Shown: positions 38,960-47,026 of the stretch, one piece after another | Layout: every line of letters begins with the position of its first letter | How positions within the stretch are numbered: the first letter of the stretch is position 1 | Sequence record: OP617745.1 | Strand: one strand, 5' to 3' | Length of the DNA stretch: 64,000 bases | The notes under the pieces: model-generated | What the model was told of the DNA's origin: nothing | The model's database searches: none | Seen by the model: the letters and a program-made list of their open reading frames with translations, nothing else | Program-made: the position numbers and the translations under genes

Positions 38960-38991
38960 CAGAAAATAAAAATACGGTATAATGTTTATAT

Positions 38992-39056
38992 CAAGACAAG
39001 AATGGTTCTATGTGTATCTGTGAATAAGCGGTGGTTCGATTCCCCTTCTTGTCTTG
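38992..39056 (+). ncRNA. tRNA-like RNA lacking D arm
   Basis: After TTGACA..TATAAT; 10-bp CAAGACAAGA/TCTTGTCTTG stem; GGTTCGATTCC T-loop; homologous to 40551..40637. Confidence 0.65.
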
Positions 39057-39125
39057 TCCTTTTTAATTTAACAAAGTAACTATGTTTACTCCACATAATC
39101 AATCAGTTGTTATTGAGGTGCAGAA

Positions 39126-39368
39126 ATGATTCTTTCTAATGAAGAACGTAAAATTGTTTTGCAAGCAATGAGTCTTGTGCATTTAACTACTGAACAAGAG
39201 AGAGATTTGTTTGCTCGTCTTAAAGTCGGCAATGATTTAATTGAACGCAAAAAAGCCAGTGCTGCTCGCCATAGTCGTTTCAAAGAGCATATGCATACAT
39301 TATATGGTCCTCTGTCACATTTACATAATCATGAATATTATGATTTTTGTAAAAAGAATGAATTTTGA
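39126..39368 (+). CDS. MILS(K/N)EE family protein
   Basis: MILSNEERKIVLQAMSLVHLTT; paralog of 40261..40506. Confidence 0.8.
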   Translation: MILSNEERKIVLQAMSLVHLTTEQERDLFARLKVGNDLIERKKASAARHSRFKEHMHTLYGPLSHLHNHEYYDFCKKNEF

Positions 39369-39404
39369 GTGATAGTACCGAATCATTGAGATAGAATCTG
39401 TATC

Positions 39405-39485
39405 AAGACGGTAGCTCAAGGGAGAGCAGCAGGTAATAACGATAAGTTCACCTGTCAGCGTGGATTAAAACACCACCCGTCGTCA
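39405..39485 (+). ncRNA. tRNA-like RNA with 15-nt anticodon loop
   Basis: AAGACGG/CCGTCGT, TA-GCTC AAGGGA GAGC D arm, GCAGGT/ACCTGT stem, degenerate T arm. Confidence 0.6.
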
Positions 39486-39494
39486 TTTAATTTA

Positions 39495-39710
39495 ATGAGG
39501 TATATTATGTTTACTCCAAACACATCAAATGTAGGTAAGCGTGTAGTACTGTTAGAAGATGTATCAACACTTCGTGGGAATTTCAGTAAAGGTCACGAGA
39601 TGACCATCATCGGAGAAACGTCACGTGGTTGGGATCTCGAAGATGATGATGGTAATCGCATTTTAGAAGCTGGGATGTTTGGTCATAAAGAATTTAAACT
39701 ACTTGACTAA
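39495..39710 (+). CDS. hypothetical protein
   Basis: GAGG RBS. Confidence 0.7.
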   Translation: MRYIMFTPNTSNVGKRVVLLEDVSTLRGNFSKGHEMTIIGETSRGWDLEDDDGNRILEAGMFGHKEFKLLD

Positions 39711-39762
39711 ATTATTCAGTACTGAAGTATAATTTTGTTGTCTTAACGTGAGGAAATAAAAT

Positions 39763-39891
39763 ATGATTAAAGCTGGTGTATTTGCACTCGGTGTTATGGT
39801 TGGTGGTTTTGCTCATATGCTTTATGTTGATCATAAAGCACCTGAACCTGCACCATTTGTTGAAGTACAAAATGGATCTGTCGGTAAATAA
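39763..39891 (+). CDS. small membrane protein (not in ORF track)
   Basis: Promoter TTGACT..TATAAT and GAGGA RBS. Confidence 0.55.
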   Translation: MIKAGVFALGVMVGGFAHMLYVDHKAPEPAPFVEVQNGSVGK

Positions 39892-40016
39892 AAATTAAAT
39901 CATCAAAGGATATGTAGGTAACGCATTTCCTTCGAAGGAATTTAAATCTGGAAAAAGTCATTATTTCTTTATCCAGTGATTGACAAATAATAGCAGTGCT
40001 GCTAATATAAGAATAA

Positions 40017-40080
40017 GACGGGATGATAAATTAACATTAACCTTAATCGATCAACAGGTGGCTGCGGTTATCATCCCGTC
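40017..40080 (+). ncRNA. promoter-proximal hairpin RNA
   Basis: 13-bp perfect stem GACGGGATGATAA/TTATCATCCCGTC after TTGACA..TAATAT, followed by T tract. Confidence 0.55.
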
Positions 40081-40106
40081 TTTCCTTTTTAACAATGAGG
40101 TTTATC

Positions 40107-40248
40107 ATGAGTAAAGATGTTCACGTTCCAGTACAAAATGGTATGTCAGCATGTGGTAAACGCGTGGATTTAACTGGTTGGGTACGTTCGATGATTACTT
40201 GTAAAAAAATGCAAAAAAACCAAAGAGTATTTTGATTTGGAAAAATAA
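40107..40248 (+). pseudogene. small zinc-finger ORF with +1 frameshift in A7 run
   Basis: HV....SACG.....ITC then KKC only if one A is removed from 40203-40209. Confidence 0.5.
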
Positions 40249-40260
40249 CAAGGATTTAAT

Positions 40261-40506
40261 ATGATATTATCTAAAGAAGAACAAGAAATTGTTGCACAAG
40301 CAATGAGTCTTTTGCACTTAACCACTGATAAAGAAAAAGATTTATTCAATCGTCTTAAAACTGGGGTTGATACAGTTCAACGTATAAAAGAGAGTAATGA
40401 ACGTAAAATGAAATTCCATGCATCACTCATAGCTATGTATGGTCCAAATGCACATTTACATTATAATGATTATTATGAATACTGTGAAAAAAATGGTTTT
40501 TGGTGA
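40261..40506 (+). CDS. MILS(K/N)EE family protein
   Basis: MILSKEEQEIVAQAMSLLHLTT. Confidence 0.8.
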   Translation: MILSKEEQEIVAQAMSLLHLTTDKEKDLFNRLKTGVDTVQRIKESNERKMKFHASLIAMYGPNAHLHYNDYYEYCEKNGFW

Positions 40507-40550
40507 AATAAAAGATTGACAAATAATATTAGTACTGTATAATGTTTACA

Positions 40551-40637
40551 ATCAAGACAAGATTAGTTCAGTAGGTAGGAACCTTTCTATGTGTATCTAA
40601 GAATAAGTTGTGGTTCGATTCCCTATCTTGTCTTGAT
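40551..40637 (+). ncRNA. tRNA-like RNA with extended acceptor stem
   Basis: After TTGACA..TATAAT; 13-bp ATCAAGACAAGAT/ATCTTGTCTTGAT; D arm GTTC/GAAC; T-loop; 11-nt anticodon loop. Confidence 0.7.
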
Positions 40638-40674
40638 TTCAGTGGTGAGCTTTAGTGATACATCTATTGACGAT

Positions 40675-40767
40675 GCGGGTGTGAGGGTGGCTACCTCAGC
40701 AGTGGCGAATTATGTAGCAACTGTGCTGAAAGATGCTAAGACAGTTCGATTCTGTCCACCCGCCGCA
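40675..40767 (+). ncRNA. tRNA-like RNA with non-canonical anticodon arm
   Basis: GCGGGTG/CACCCGC acceptor, AGG/CCT D stem, GACAG-TTCGATT-CTGTC T arm, ends CGCA. Confidence 0.7.
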
Positions 40768-40862
40768 CTAAAGGTAGGGTACTAAGTACCAGAAACTAAC
40801 ACGAGGCAGTCGGAATATACGCCTACACCACAATTACTTTTAATTTAATTGAGGAACAAAAC

Positions 40863-41210
40863 ATGTCAGAATCACTTGTAAATAAAAACTCTCAAGGATT
40901 TGTAATTGCAAATAAAAACCCTCAAGGGTTTGTAATTATTGATCTGAATCTTAACAGTGGGAGAATGTTCCAAAGTACTGATGCGTGTATGCAATTTGAC
41001 TTCCTCGGTTATGAAATTAGTGTTAGTACAGGTGGTTCAGTACTACAAGGTGGTTTTCTTCAGGAAATTTTAGTTACTGATCCAGAAGAACGTCCTCACT
41101 TCATTCAGGGTTCGGTGCAAGATGCTATTATGTTTGTTATTCAGCGTGAACAAAATAGAAACTTTAATGAATTTACTAATGCAATGAGTAATAAGATTGA
41201 AGAAGTTTAA
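40863..41210 (+). CDS. hypothetical protein
   Basis: GAGGA RBS; internal tandem repeat VNKNSQGFVI/ANKNPQGFVI. Confidence 0.75.
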   Translation: MSESLVNKNSQGFVIANKNPQGFVIIDLNLNSGRMFQSTDACMQFDFLGYEISVSTGGSVLQGGFLQEILVTDPEERPHFIQGSVQDAIMFVIQREQNRNFNEFTNAMSNKIEEV

Positions 41211-41451
41211 AGTTAATGTTAAGTACTTCACATTCTATAGTTTAGATCCAAATGATTGTCATCCAGGATTTTTTGAATGCACCCTAATCAGGGAGAATGA
41301 ATGTGAAGTACTATACTTTATATATAAAATGTATAACAAAATAGTTGTTTATGATTATAGAAAAAGAAATCCATATCCAGGAGAAACCTTATATTTCAAT
41401 CAAACAATTATTGATTCCTACAGTATAGTTCTCACCGGAGAATATAAATGA
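41197..41451 (+). CDS. hypothetical protein
   Basis: Tiled ORF. Confidence 0.6.
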   Translation: MKKFKVNVKYFTFYSLDPNDCHPGFFECTLIRENECEVLYFIYKMYNKIVVYDYRKRNPYPGETLYFNQTIIDSYSIVLTGEYK

Positions 41452-41630
41452 AGTATTATACTTTTGCATTGAAATATATTTCAGCATATTCACCTAATGT
41501 GGAAGGTAAATGTGTTATAGAAGCACAAGGAAATAATCCAATTGAAGCCATTATGAAAATAATATCTACTAATTCATTCCCTGATAAAAATTCAACGTTT
41601 GTACTAATTACTTCAATTGTCATTCAATGA
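41448..41630 (+). CDS. hypothetical protein
   Basis: Tiled ORF. Confidence 0.6.
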   Translation: MKYYTFALKYISAYSPNVEGKCVIEAQGNNPIEAIMKIISTNSFPDKNSTFVLITSIVIQ

Positions 41631-41645
41631 TAATTTGGATATAGT

Positions 41646-41909
41646 ATGAATATATATACAGTAACTGGAATTCATATGGCTCAATTTACAGGAACATTTC
41701 CAATGATTGGTGGTGTTTCTGTAAATACAATTCCTAAAAAATTTAAATTCCGAATTTCAGCAGATAATGAAGTACATGCGTATTATAAAGTTATAGAAAA
41801 ATATAATGTTTATAATACCTGCAATTATTTTTATATAATTTATGATGTTAAAGTTGACATTCATTATACCCCATATAGTAAGAATAACCTCATTAATATC
41901 TTAATCTAA
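41646..41909 (+). CDS. hypothetical protein
   Basis: Tiled ORF. Confidence 0.6.
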   Translation: MNIYTVTGIHMAQFTGTFPMIGGVSVNTIPKKFKFRISADNEVHAYYKVIEKYNVYNTCNYFYIIYDVKVDIHYTPYSKNNLINILI

Positions 41910-41922
41910 CAGAGAAAATAAA

Positions 41923-42591
41923 ATGCTTGCTAATCTGAAATACATGATCAGTACTGAAGCACGTGATGAAAAAGGTTGCTACATTAAATCCGAAACCAAA
42001 ACATTTGATGATCTTGGTATGAGTGGTGTTTTTCATGAATGTCATTTCGATCCATATCACCCATTTTGGTCTAAACACCAGGAACCAGAGAAAGTACAAA
42101 ATACTCGAATTTTTTGTGCATTACAAACAAATACACCTGGCATCATTGCGGCGTATAATGCGGATGATGTAATCGACCACATGACGAATTATGAAGTAAT
42201 CGATGAGCACCCAATGATTAGTCCAAGGGGTGAAGTTTATACACATCAAGATTTCCATTCGATGTTTAATGAAATGGAGAGGATCATTCTTCCTAGTGGT
42301 AAACAACGACCTGAATATATGAACTTGGTTGGTTCTTATGGTGTAGCAGATAACATTGAGCAAATTCTTCGTAAGTATAAATCATTGTTAAATAGTCCAG
42401 ATGAAGTTGTATTAACTATCCATCCAGTACTGAAAAAGGATCAACCAGAAAGTGGTGGCTGGCGTTGGCATAAATGGGGGTCATATATCGGCAATCACAA
42501 GATTAAGTGTGAATATTTGTATGATGAAGTTGGCATTGATAAAGTTTTGTGTTATAATTGGATCTACGTAAAACCCAAAAAAGGAATCTAA
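41923..42591 (+). CDS. GWRWHKWG-motif protein
   Basis: YGVADNIEQI...GGWRWHKWGSYIG; paralog of 54353..54985. Confidence 0.8.
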   Translation: MLANLKYMISTEARDEKGCYIKSETKTFDDLGMSGVFHECHFDPYHPFWSKHQEPEKVQNTRIFCALQTNTPGIIAAYNADDVIDHMTNYEVIDEHPMISPRGEVYTHQDFHSMFNEMERIILPSGKQRPEYMNLVGSYGVADNIEQILRKYKSLLNSPDEVVLTIHPVLKKDQPESGGWRWHKWGSYIGNHKIKCEYLYDEVGIDKVLCYNWIYVKPKKGI

Positions 42592-42863
42592 AAATGATTA
42601 ATGTATTAGCATTGGTACTTATTTTGCTCTTTATTATGTTACCAACACTTATTTCTGTTACACGCAATACAGTAGAAACTTCACTACGTGTATTTTTACT
42701 TAACTTTATGTTATTGGTTACTTCAATCATCGTTCCTTACAGTGAATCACTTATTGATGGTATCAGTAACATTTTACTTGTTTGGTCTTATTTGATTATG
42801 TTATCTTATATTCCAGACGAATCAGATCCAAAAGATTTAAGAAATGTTGTAAGATACGTGTGA
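42558..42863 (+). CDS. membrane protein
   Basis: 3 hydrophobic helices; start probably 42594. Confidence 0.7.
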   Translation: MDLRKTQKRNLKMINVLALVLILLFIMLPTLISVTRNTVETSLRVFLLNFMLLVTSIIVPYSESLIDGISNILLVWSYLIMLSYIPDESDPKDLRNVVRYV

Positions 42864-42876
42864 TTAAGGATTAATT

Positions 42877-43137
42877 GTGGCAAGTGGGTTTGTTGATGAT
42901 GATGGTGTAAACAATACCATAGAAAGCACAGTACTTAATGCTATTGATTTTGCAAGAAGTAATTTATATTCAGGTGAATCATTTAAGTACTGTACTGACT
43001 GCGGTGATGAAATACCAGAAAAACGTCGGGCAGTTCTTAGTGGTGTAAAACGTTGTGTGAAATGTCAATCTAAGGTAGACAATTCATATAAAGAGTATTA
43101 TAATAGACGTGGATCTAAAGATTCACAATTACGTTAA
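42877..43137 (+). CDS. DksA/TraR-family C4 zinc-finger protein (YbiI-like)
   Basis: CTDCGDEIPEKRRAVLSGVKRCVKCQ. Confidence 0.9.
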   Translation: MASGFVDDDGVNNTIESTVLNAIDFARSNLYSGESFKYCTDCGDEIPEKRRAVLSGVKRCVKCQSKVDNSYKEYYNRRGSKDSQLR

Positions 43138-43148
43138 AAGGAAACAAA

Positions 43149-43472
43149 ATGATTGGATTAATTTCGGTTGTACTTACTATCCCATATATTATTATTGTGT
43201 GGGCGATGGTTTGCAGTTTGTTACAGGAAAATGGTTCACTGAAGGGGAGTAGATTTAATTATAAAGAAGATTTTCTATTAAATTCTAATACAGTGTCCTT
43301 ACTATACAAAATCGTTTGGATTTGGTTAGCAGCTACAGTACTGAACTTCTTTTTCCCTGTATTTGGAATTGTACTATATATTATTAATATTGTTATTATT
43401 CTGGTATCATTGTATTGGTTGTACGAATGTTACAAAGCTGGAAAATTCAAAGTTTGGTTTAATAAAAAATAA
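43149..43472 (+). CDS. membrane protein
   Basis: 3 hydrophobic helices. Confidence 0.7.
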   Translation: MIGLISVVLTIPYIIIVWAMVCSLLQENGSLKGSRFNYKEDFLLNSNTVSLLYKIVWIWLAATVLNFFFPVFGIVLYIINIVIILVSLYWLYECYKAGKFKVWFNKK

Positions 43473-43531
43473 AAATTATAAATACCTTTGTATACTACCT
43501 ACAAAGGTATTTTCTTTTTAGAGGATTTATT

Positions 43532-43867
43532 ATGCATATAATACTAAGTTTAGTACTTAGTACTATTTTGCTATCCTTTCTACCTGCCAGTATATCAGCT
43601 AACAATGGTTCATTGTGCTTGTCTAATGATGGTGAATGGTACGAAGTACGTTCCGATCCTGATAATCCAAATAACCTCACTATTGATGGTGAAGTCTTTT
43701 ACATTCTACAACAACAAACCCACCTTAATAAAAAAGTCTTGACATTTAAAAGTACCAGTGGTACACTGGCATTGTTAGTTCTGGTTGGTAATCCAGAAAC
43801 TAAAAAGGTTTCAATTGACATGTTCCTCACATCTGAGATAAAATCAGTTAAAATTCAATGTAAATAG
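43532..43867 (+). CDS. exported protein (paralog of 44187..44606)
   Basis: Signal peptide; CLSNDGE motif. Confidence 0.7.
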   Translation: MHIILSLVLSTILLSFLPASISANNGSLCLSNDGEWYEVRSDPDNPNNLTIDGEVFYILQQQTHLNKKVLTFKSTSGTLALLVLVGNPETKKVSIDMFLTSEIKSVKIQCK

Positions 43868-43876
43868 GGTATAACA

Positions 43877-44233
43877 ATGCTAGACAAAATTTTTGATATT
43901 TTGTTTTTAATTCCAGTTGTATCAACTGCTATTGTAGTTTTTACAATGCTTAGTTCAGTACTGATTGGTATCCTTTGTCTGGTAATGGGTAGTGATTCTG
44001 TATTGAGATTCAGTTCTAAATATTTTGTTTGGGGAGACGTGCCAGCATTTAATGCTACATTCGTCTCCTTTTTTCTTTTTATTTGTTCTCTCATGTTACA
44101 TGAATTTGAATTGCTGAGTTCGATTTATATCGTAAACTTCTATTCAATTTTTAGTATGTGTTGTCTGTGGTACATGATCTACAGTATTGATGTTTGGTAT
44201 ACAAATTATGTTGAATATAAACACAAAAAATGA
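43877..44233 (+). CDS. membrane protein
   Basis: 3 hydrophobic helices. Confidence 0.7.
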   Translation: MLDKIFDILFLIPVVSTAIVVFTMLSSVLIGILCLVMGSDSVLRFSSKYFVWGDVPAFNATFVSFFLFICSLMLHEFELLSSIYIVNFYSIFSMCCLWYMIYSIDVWYTNYVEYKHKK

Positions 44234-44606
44234 GAATAAAAATATGAAAACTATTATCTTCTTTATATTAATGATGATTTGTAGTATCAGTGCACGTGCA
44301 GAACTTATTGTTGATATGGTATGTGTTAGTAATGATGGGGAATCTCATACCTATAAGGTAGACAGAGATAACTTATTAACAATATTAATTGATAACATTC
44401 CATATGATTATGAAAAAAATACAACTATTGGTGATACTGATATTTCGAAATACGCAAATACAAATAATAAATCCGAATTAGCTTATATTGCAGTTGATGT
44501 ATATGAAGATATGCGTACTAAACAACAATTTCCAGAAATTAAATTAGTACTAATGGAAAATGGTGCTAAAGTTGCCAAATTCGGAGGATTATGTCATGAT
44601 AATTAA
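44187..44606 (+). CDS. exported protein (paralog of 43532..43867)
   Basis: MKTIIFF..SARA signal peptide (start near 44244); CVSNDGE motif. Confidence 0.7.
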   Translation: MMFGIQIMLNINTKNENKNMKTIIFFILMMICSISARAELIVDMVCVSNDGESHTYKVDRDNLLTILIDNIPYDYEKNTTIGDTDISKYANTNNKSELAYIAVDVYEDMRTKQQFPEIKLVLMENGAKVAKFGGLCHDN

Positions 44607-44871
44607 TTTATCAATTAATTATGATTCTTTTTGTTTAAGAGATAATACTGAGAGTATTTTTTATTCTGGTGCCGTACATTTATTTTTTGAAGATTATAAA
44701 ATACCATATAAATTGATTGAAATTAATAATATTGATTATATTCAATATCATGAAAATGATAATAATGTTTGTGTTGAAATTGATAAATTAGAAGAATTAA
44801 TTAAATTCATGAAAAAATATAATTGTAATATTGAATTAAAATCTGATTATGGTATAATTCATTTCAAGTGA
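44560..44871 (+). CDS. hypothetical protein
   Basis: Tiled ORF. Confidence 0.6.
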   Translation: MVLKLPNSEDYVMIINLSINYDSFCLRDNTESIFYSGAVHLFFEDYKIPYKLIEINNIDYIQYHENDNNVCVEIDKLEELIKFMKKYNCNIELKSDYGIIHFK

Positions 44872-44878
44872 GATCCAA

Positions 44879-45409
44879 ATGAAACACTGGTCATATAAAA
44901 AAAGGTTAAAGAAGAATAAATGGTATCCAAGATATGATTACATACCATGGGTATCGAGTTTTGCAAGATTATCTGCTTTATCTAAAAAATGTACTATTAA
45001 TAAATTTCAAGTAAGTGATATAAGCACTAAAGGCGTATATAAAGTAAAAGTTAACCCAAATGATGAAATTGGTATTTGTTTATTGAATTATAATGAATTT
45101 AGTATTAACTATATATCTTCTGCGGTGAAATATTTAAATATACTAAGTACTAATTATGAATTTTCAGATTTTTTTACTGGAGACCGCCGACGTATAATTT
45201 GCACTAAATCTTACGAAAAGATTTCTAATGATATAGATTTTTCAAATTTAACTGAAGAGGAATATTTTCAGTACAGTACGTTATATGATAATCTTGATGA
45301 TTTAGTTAAACTTAATACATTGTTTAAATGTATTGAAGAAAAAACCAAAGACAAATTTACATTAATGAATTTTCTACGTGGAATTCAGAAATTTGAGGCT
45401 GAACAATGA
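44879..45409 (+). CDS. FQxS(T/L) C-terminal-motif family protein
   Basis: LTEEEYFQYSTLYD. Confidence 0.8.
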   Translation: MKHWSYKKRLKKNKWYPRYDYIPWVSSFARLSALSKKCTINKFQVSDISTKGVYKVKVNPNDEIGICLLNYNEFSINYISSAVKYLNILSTNYEFSDFFTGDRRRIICTKSYEKISNDIDFSNLTEEEYFQYSTLYDNLDDLVKLNTLFKCIEEKTKDKFTLMNFLRGIQKFEAEQ

Positions 45410-45813
45410 AAACGGTACTCGTTTATCGAGTTGAACTGTGTTTTACTGCTATCAGTATTAGTGGTATGAATTATGCTCAACAAGGACCATATACTACATA
45501 TGATGCATGGATGAGCAAAGACAATGGATATAAACCGTGTTTAGTTTCATACGATCCAATTAATCAGCCTGAACCTGAAAATGATGGATTAGAACATACA
45601 TTTGCAGTAATTTATGGATTTCGTGATAAAAACCAAATGTTTGATTGGTTTTGTTGTGATATCGTCTCTTTACATTATGCTGGATTTGTGTTAAGCGTAT
45701 ATGAAGTACCAATTGAAGATGTAAATTATGGTAGAAAACAGTTGAATTTTTATCCAAATGAGAGTAGACTTATCTCTGTAGAATCGTTGTTGGACATTGC
45801 AGAGGATTATTAA
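45406..45813 (+). CDS. hypothetical protein
   Basis: VYRVE..GPY...PEPENDGL...YGF motif common in phage hypotheticals. Confidence 0.75.
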   Translation: MKTVLVYRVELCFTAISISGMNYAQQGPYTTYDAWMSKDNGYKPCLVSYDPINQPEPENDGLEHTFAVIYGFRDKNQMFDWFCCDIVSLHYAGFVLSVYEVPIEDVNYGRKQLNFYPNESRLISVESLLDIAEDY

Positions 45814-46097
45814 TGAAAACTGTCACAATCAAAGAAATCCAAAATAATTGGCAAGATTTAATTGAATTTAAATATAATTTTGAAGAATACAAGAAAGATA
45901 CAGCGGCAAGAAATGCTTTAAATTCTGCATTTGGTTGTAAGTTAAAAGCAGCATTCTGTACTGTATATCCTGCTGTGACAGTTGATAAAACAGGCATCGA
46001 TTTTGGTGCAGCACGTATTATTTTCATTACAGAGAAAGGTGATGTAAGAATGATCTCTTCTTCTGAATGGGGTGGTATCAGTAATAAATTAAATTAA
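45813..46097 (+). CDS. hypothetical protein
   Basis: TAATG coupling. Confidence 0.7.
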   Translation: MKTVTIKEIQNNWQDLIEFKYNFEEYKKDTAARNALNSAFGCKLKAAFCTVYPAVTVDKTGIDFGAARIIFITEKGDVRMISSSEWGGISNKLN

Positions 46098-46109
46098 AGG
46101 TATATTTCC

Positions 46110-46598
46110 ATGAAACCAAATAATGTTATTGTTAATGTTCCTGAATTCCATAATGTCGTTGTGCAAGGAAAGGATTATATGACATTGGGATGTTGTGGAT
46201 ATGAATTGTTTACAGTACTAAAAGACCATAAACAAGATGATCGTCATCATGTTATTGTACAAAATAATGGATATCTTTGTACCATTGATAATAGTACAAA
46301 TATGCTTGCAGAGAATCCAACAACAATTCAAAAATACTTAATTGAAAATCACGGTAATGACGCTGGTTTATTCTCTTTCAGTGACATGACAGAAGAAGAA
46401 GCAAATAGTTTTATTCCCATTGATCAAAATAAAAACGCACCTGTAGTATTTTTATACGAAGATGATGCATTCATTTATCGTGACAAACTTTGTATTCTCA
46501 TCAATGGAGAAGAAAAGTCTTTTCATGAAATCAGTGCGGATAAGAAATATATTTTTACTGTAGTACTCAATCGCATTACTGAAGTACTGATGGATTGA
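46110..46598 (+). CDS. hypothetical protein
   Basis: AAGG RBS. Confidence 0.75.
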   Translation: MKPNNVIVNVPEFHNVVVQGKDYMTLGCCGYELFTVLKDHKQDDRHHVIVQNNGYLCTIDNSTNMLAENPTTIQKYLIENHGNDAGLFSFSDMTEEEANSFIPIDQNKNAPVVFLYEDDAFIYRDKLCILINGEEKSFHEISADKKYIFTVVLNRITEVLMD

Positions 46599-46602
46599 TA
46601 TT

Positions 46603-46640
46603 AAAAATGGTTGACTTTATGTCAACCATTTTGTTATTAT
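46603..46640 (+). promoter_or_regulatory. fused terminator/promoter cassette
   Basis: AAAATGGTTGAC-TTTAT-GTCAACCATTTT-GTTATTAT. Confidence 0.75.
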
Positions 46641-46673
46641 ACGCATATATTAAGTCAATAAGGATTTATTTTA

Positions 46674-46976
46674 ATGAAAAATAAATTAGTGCTTACTATC
46701 ATTTTTTTAATTCCATCAATCCCTTCATATGCAGGTAAATTGAGTGAGCCAGTTTGTGAAGTACGAGTATGTAATAAAATTTCTCGTTTTTCTTTAGATA
46801 TTATGTCACATATTAAAGATAAAATGGGTGAGAAATGTGATACTGTATTATTACCCAAATCAGAATCATATGTTGGTAATGTATTATCATCAGAAAGTCG
46901 TTGGTATCAAGGTAGTTCTATCAATCCAACAAAGAAATCAGTGACGAAAGTTGTAGAAGTACTTGAATGTCAATGA
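46674..46976 (+). CDS. exported Cys-containing protein
   Basis: Signal peptide ending SYA; 4 Cys. Confidence 0.75.
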   Translation: MKNKLVLTIIFLIPSIPSYAGKLSEPVCEVRVCNKISRFSLDIMSHIKDKMGEKCDTVLLPKSESYVGNVLSSESRWYQGSSINPTKKSVTKVVEVLECQ

Positions 46977-46995
46977 TTAATAATTTAAAGCCAAC

Positions 46996-47023
46996 AAAAG
47001 GTTGACTTCGGTCAGCCTTTTTT
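46996..47023 (+). terminator. cassette hairpin without -10 box
   Basis: AAAAGGTTGAC-TTCG-GTCAGCCTTTTTT. Confidence 0.8.
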
Positions 47024-47026
47024 CTA

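Noticed and set aside
40675-40767. Selenocysteine tRNA or YrlA Y RNA
   Set aside because: No UCA anticodon or 8/5 acceptor fold; the domain order is that of a normal tRNA rather than the permuted YrlA topology, and no Ro60/TROVE gene is present in the window.
40591-40785. 64-aa ORF
   Set aside because: It lies over two tRNA-like elements, has no RBS and an atypical codon use.
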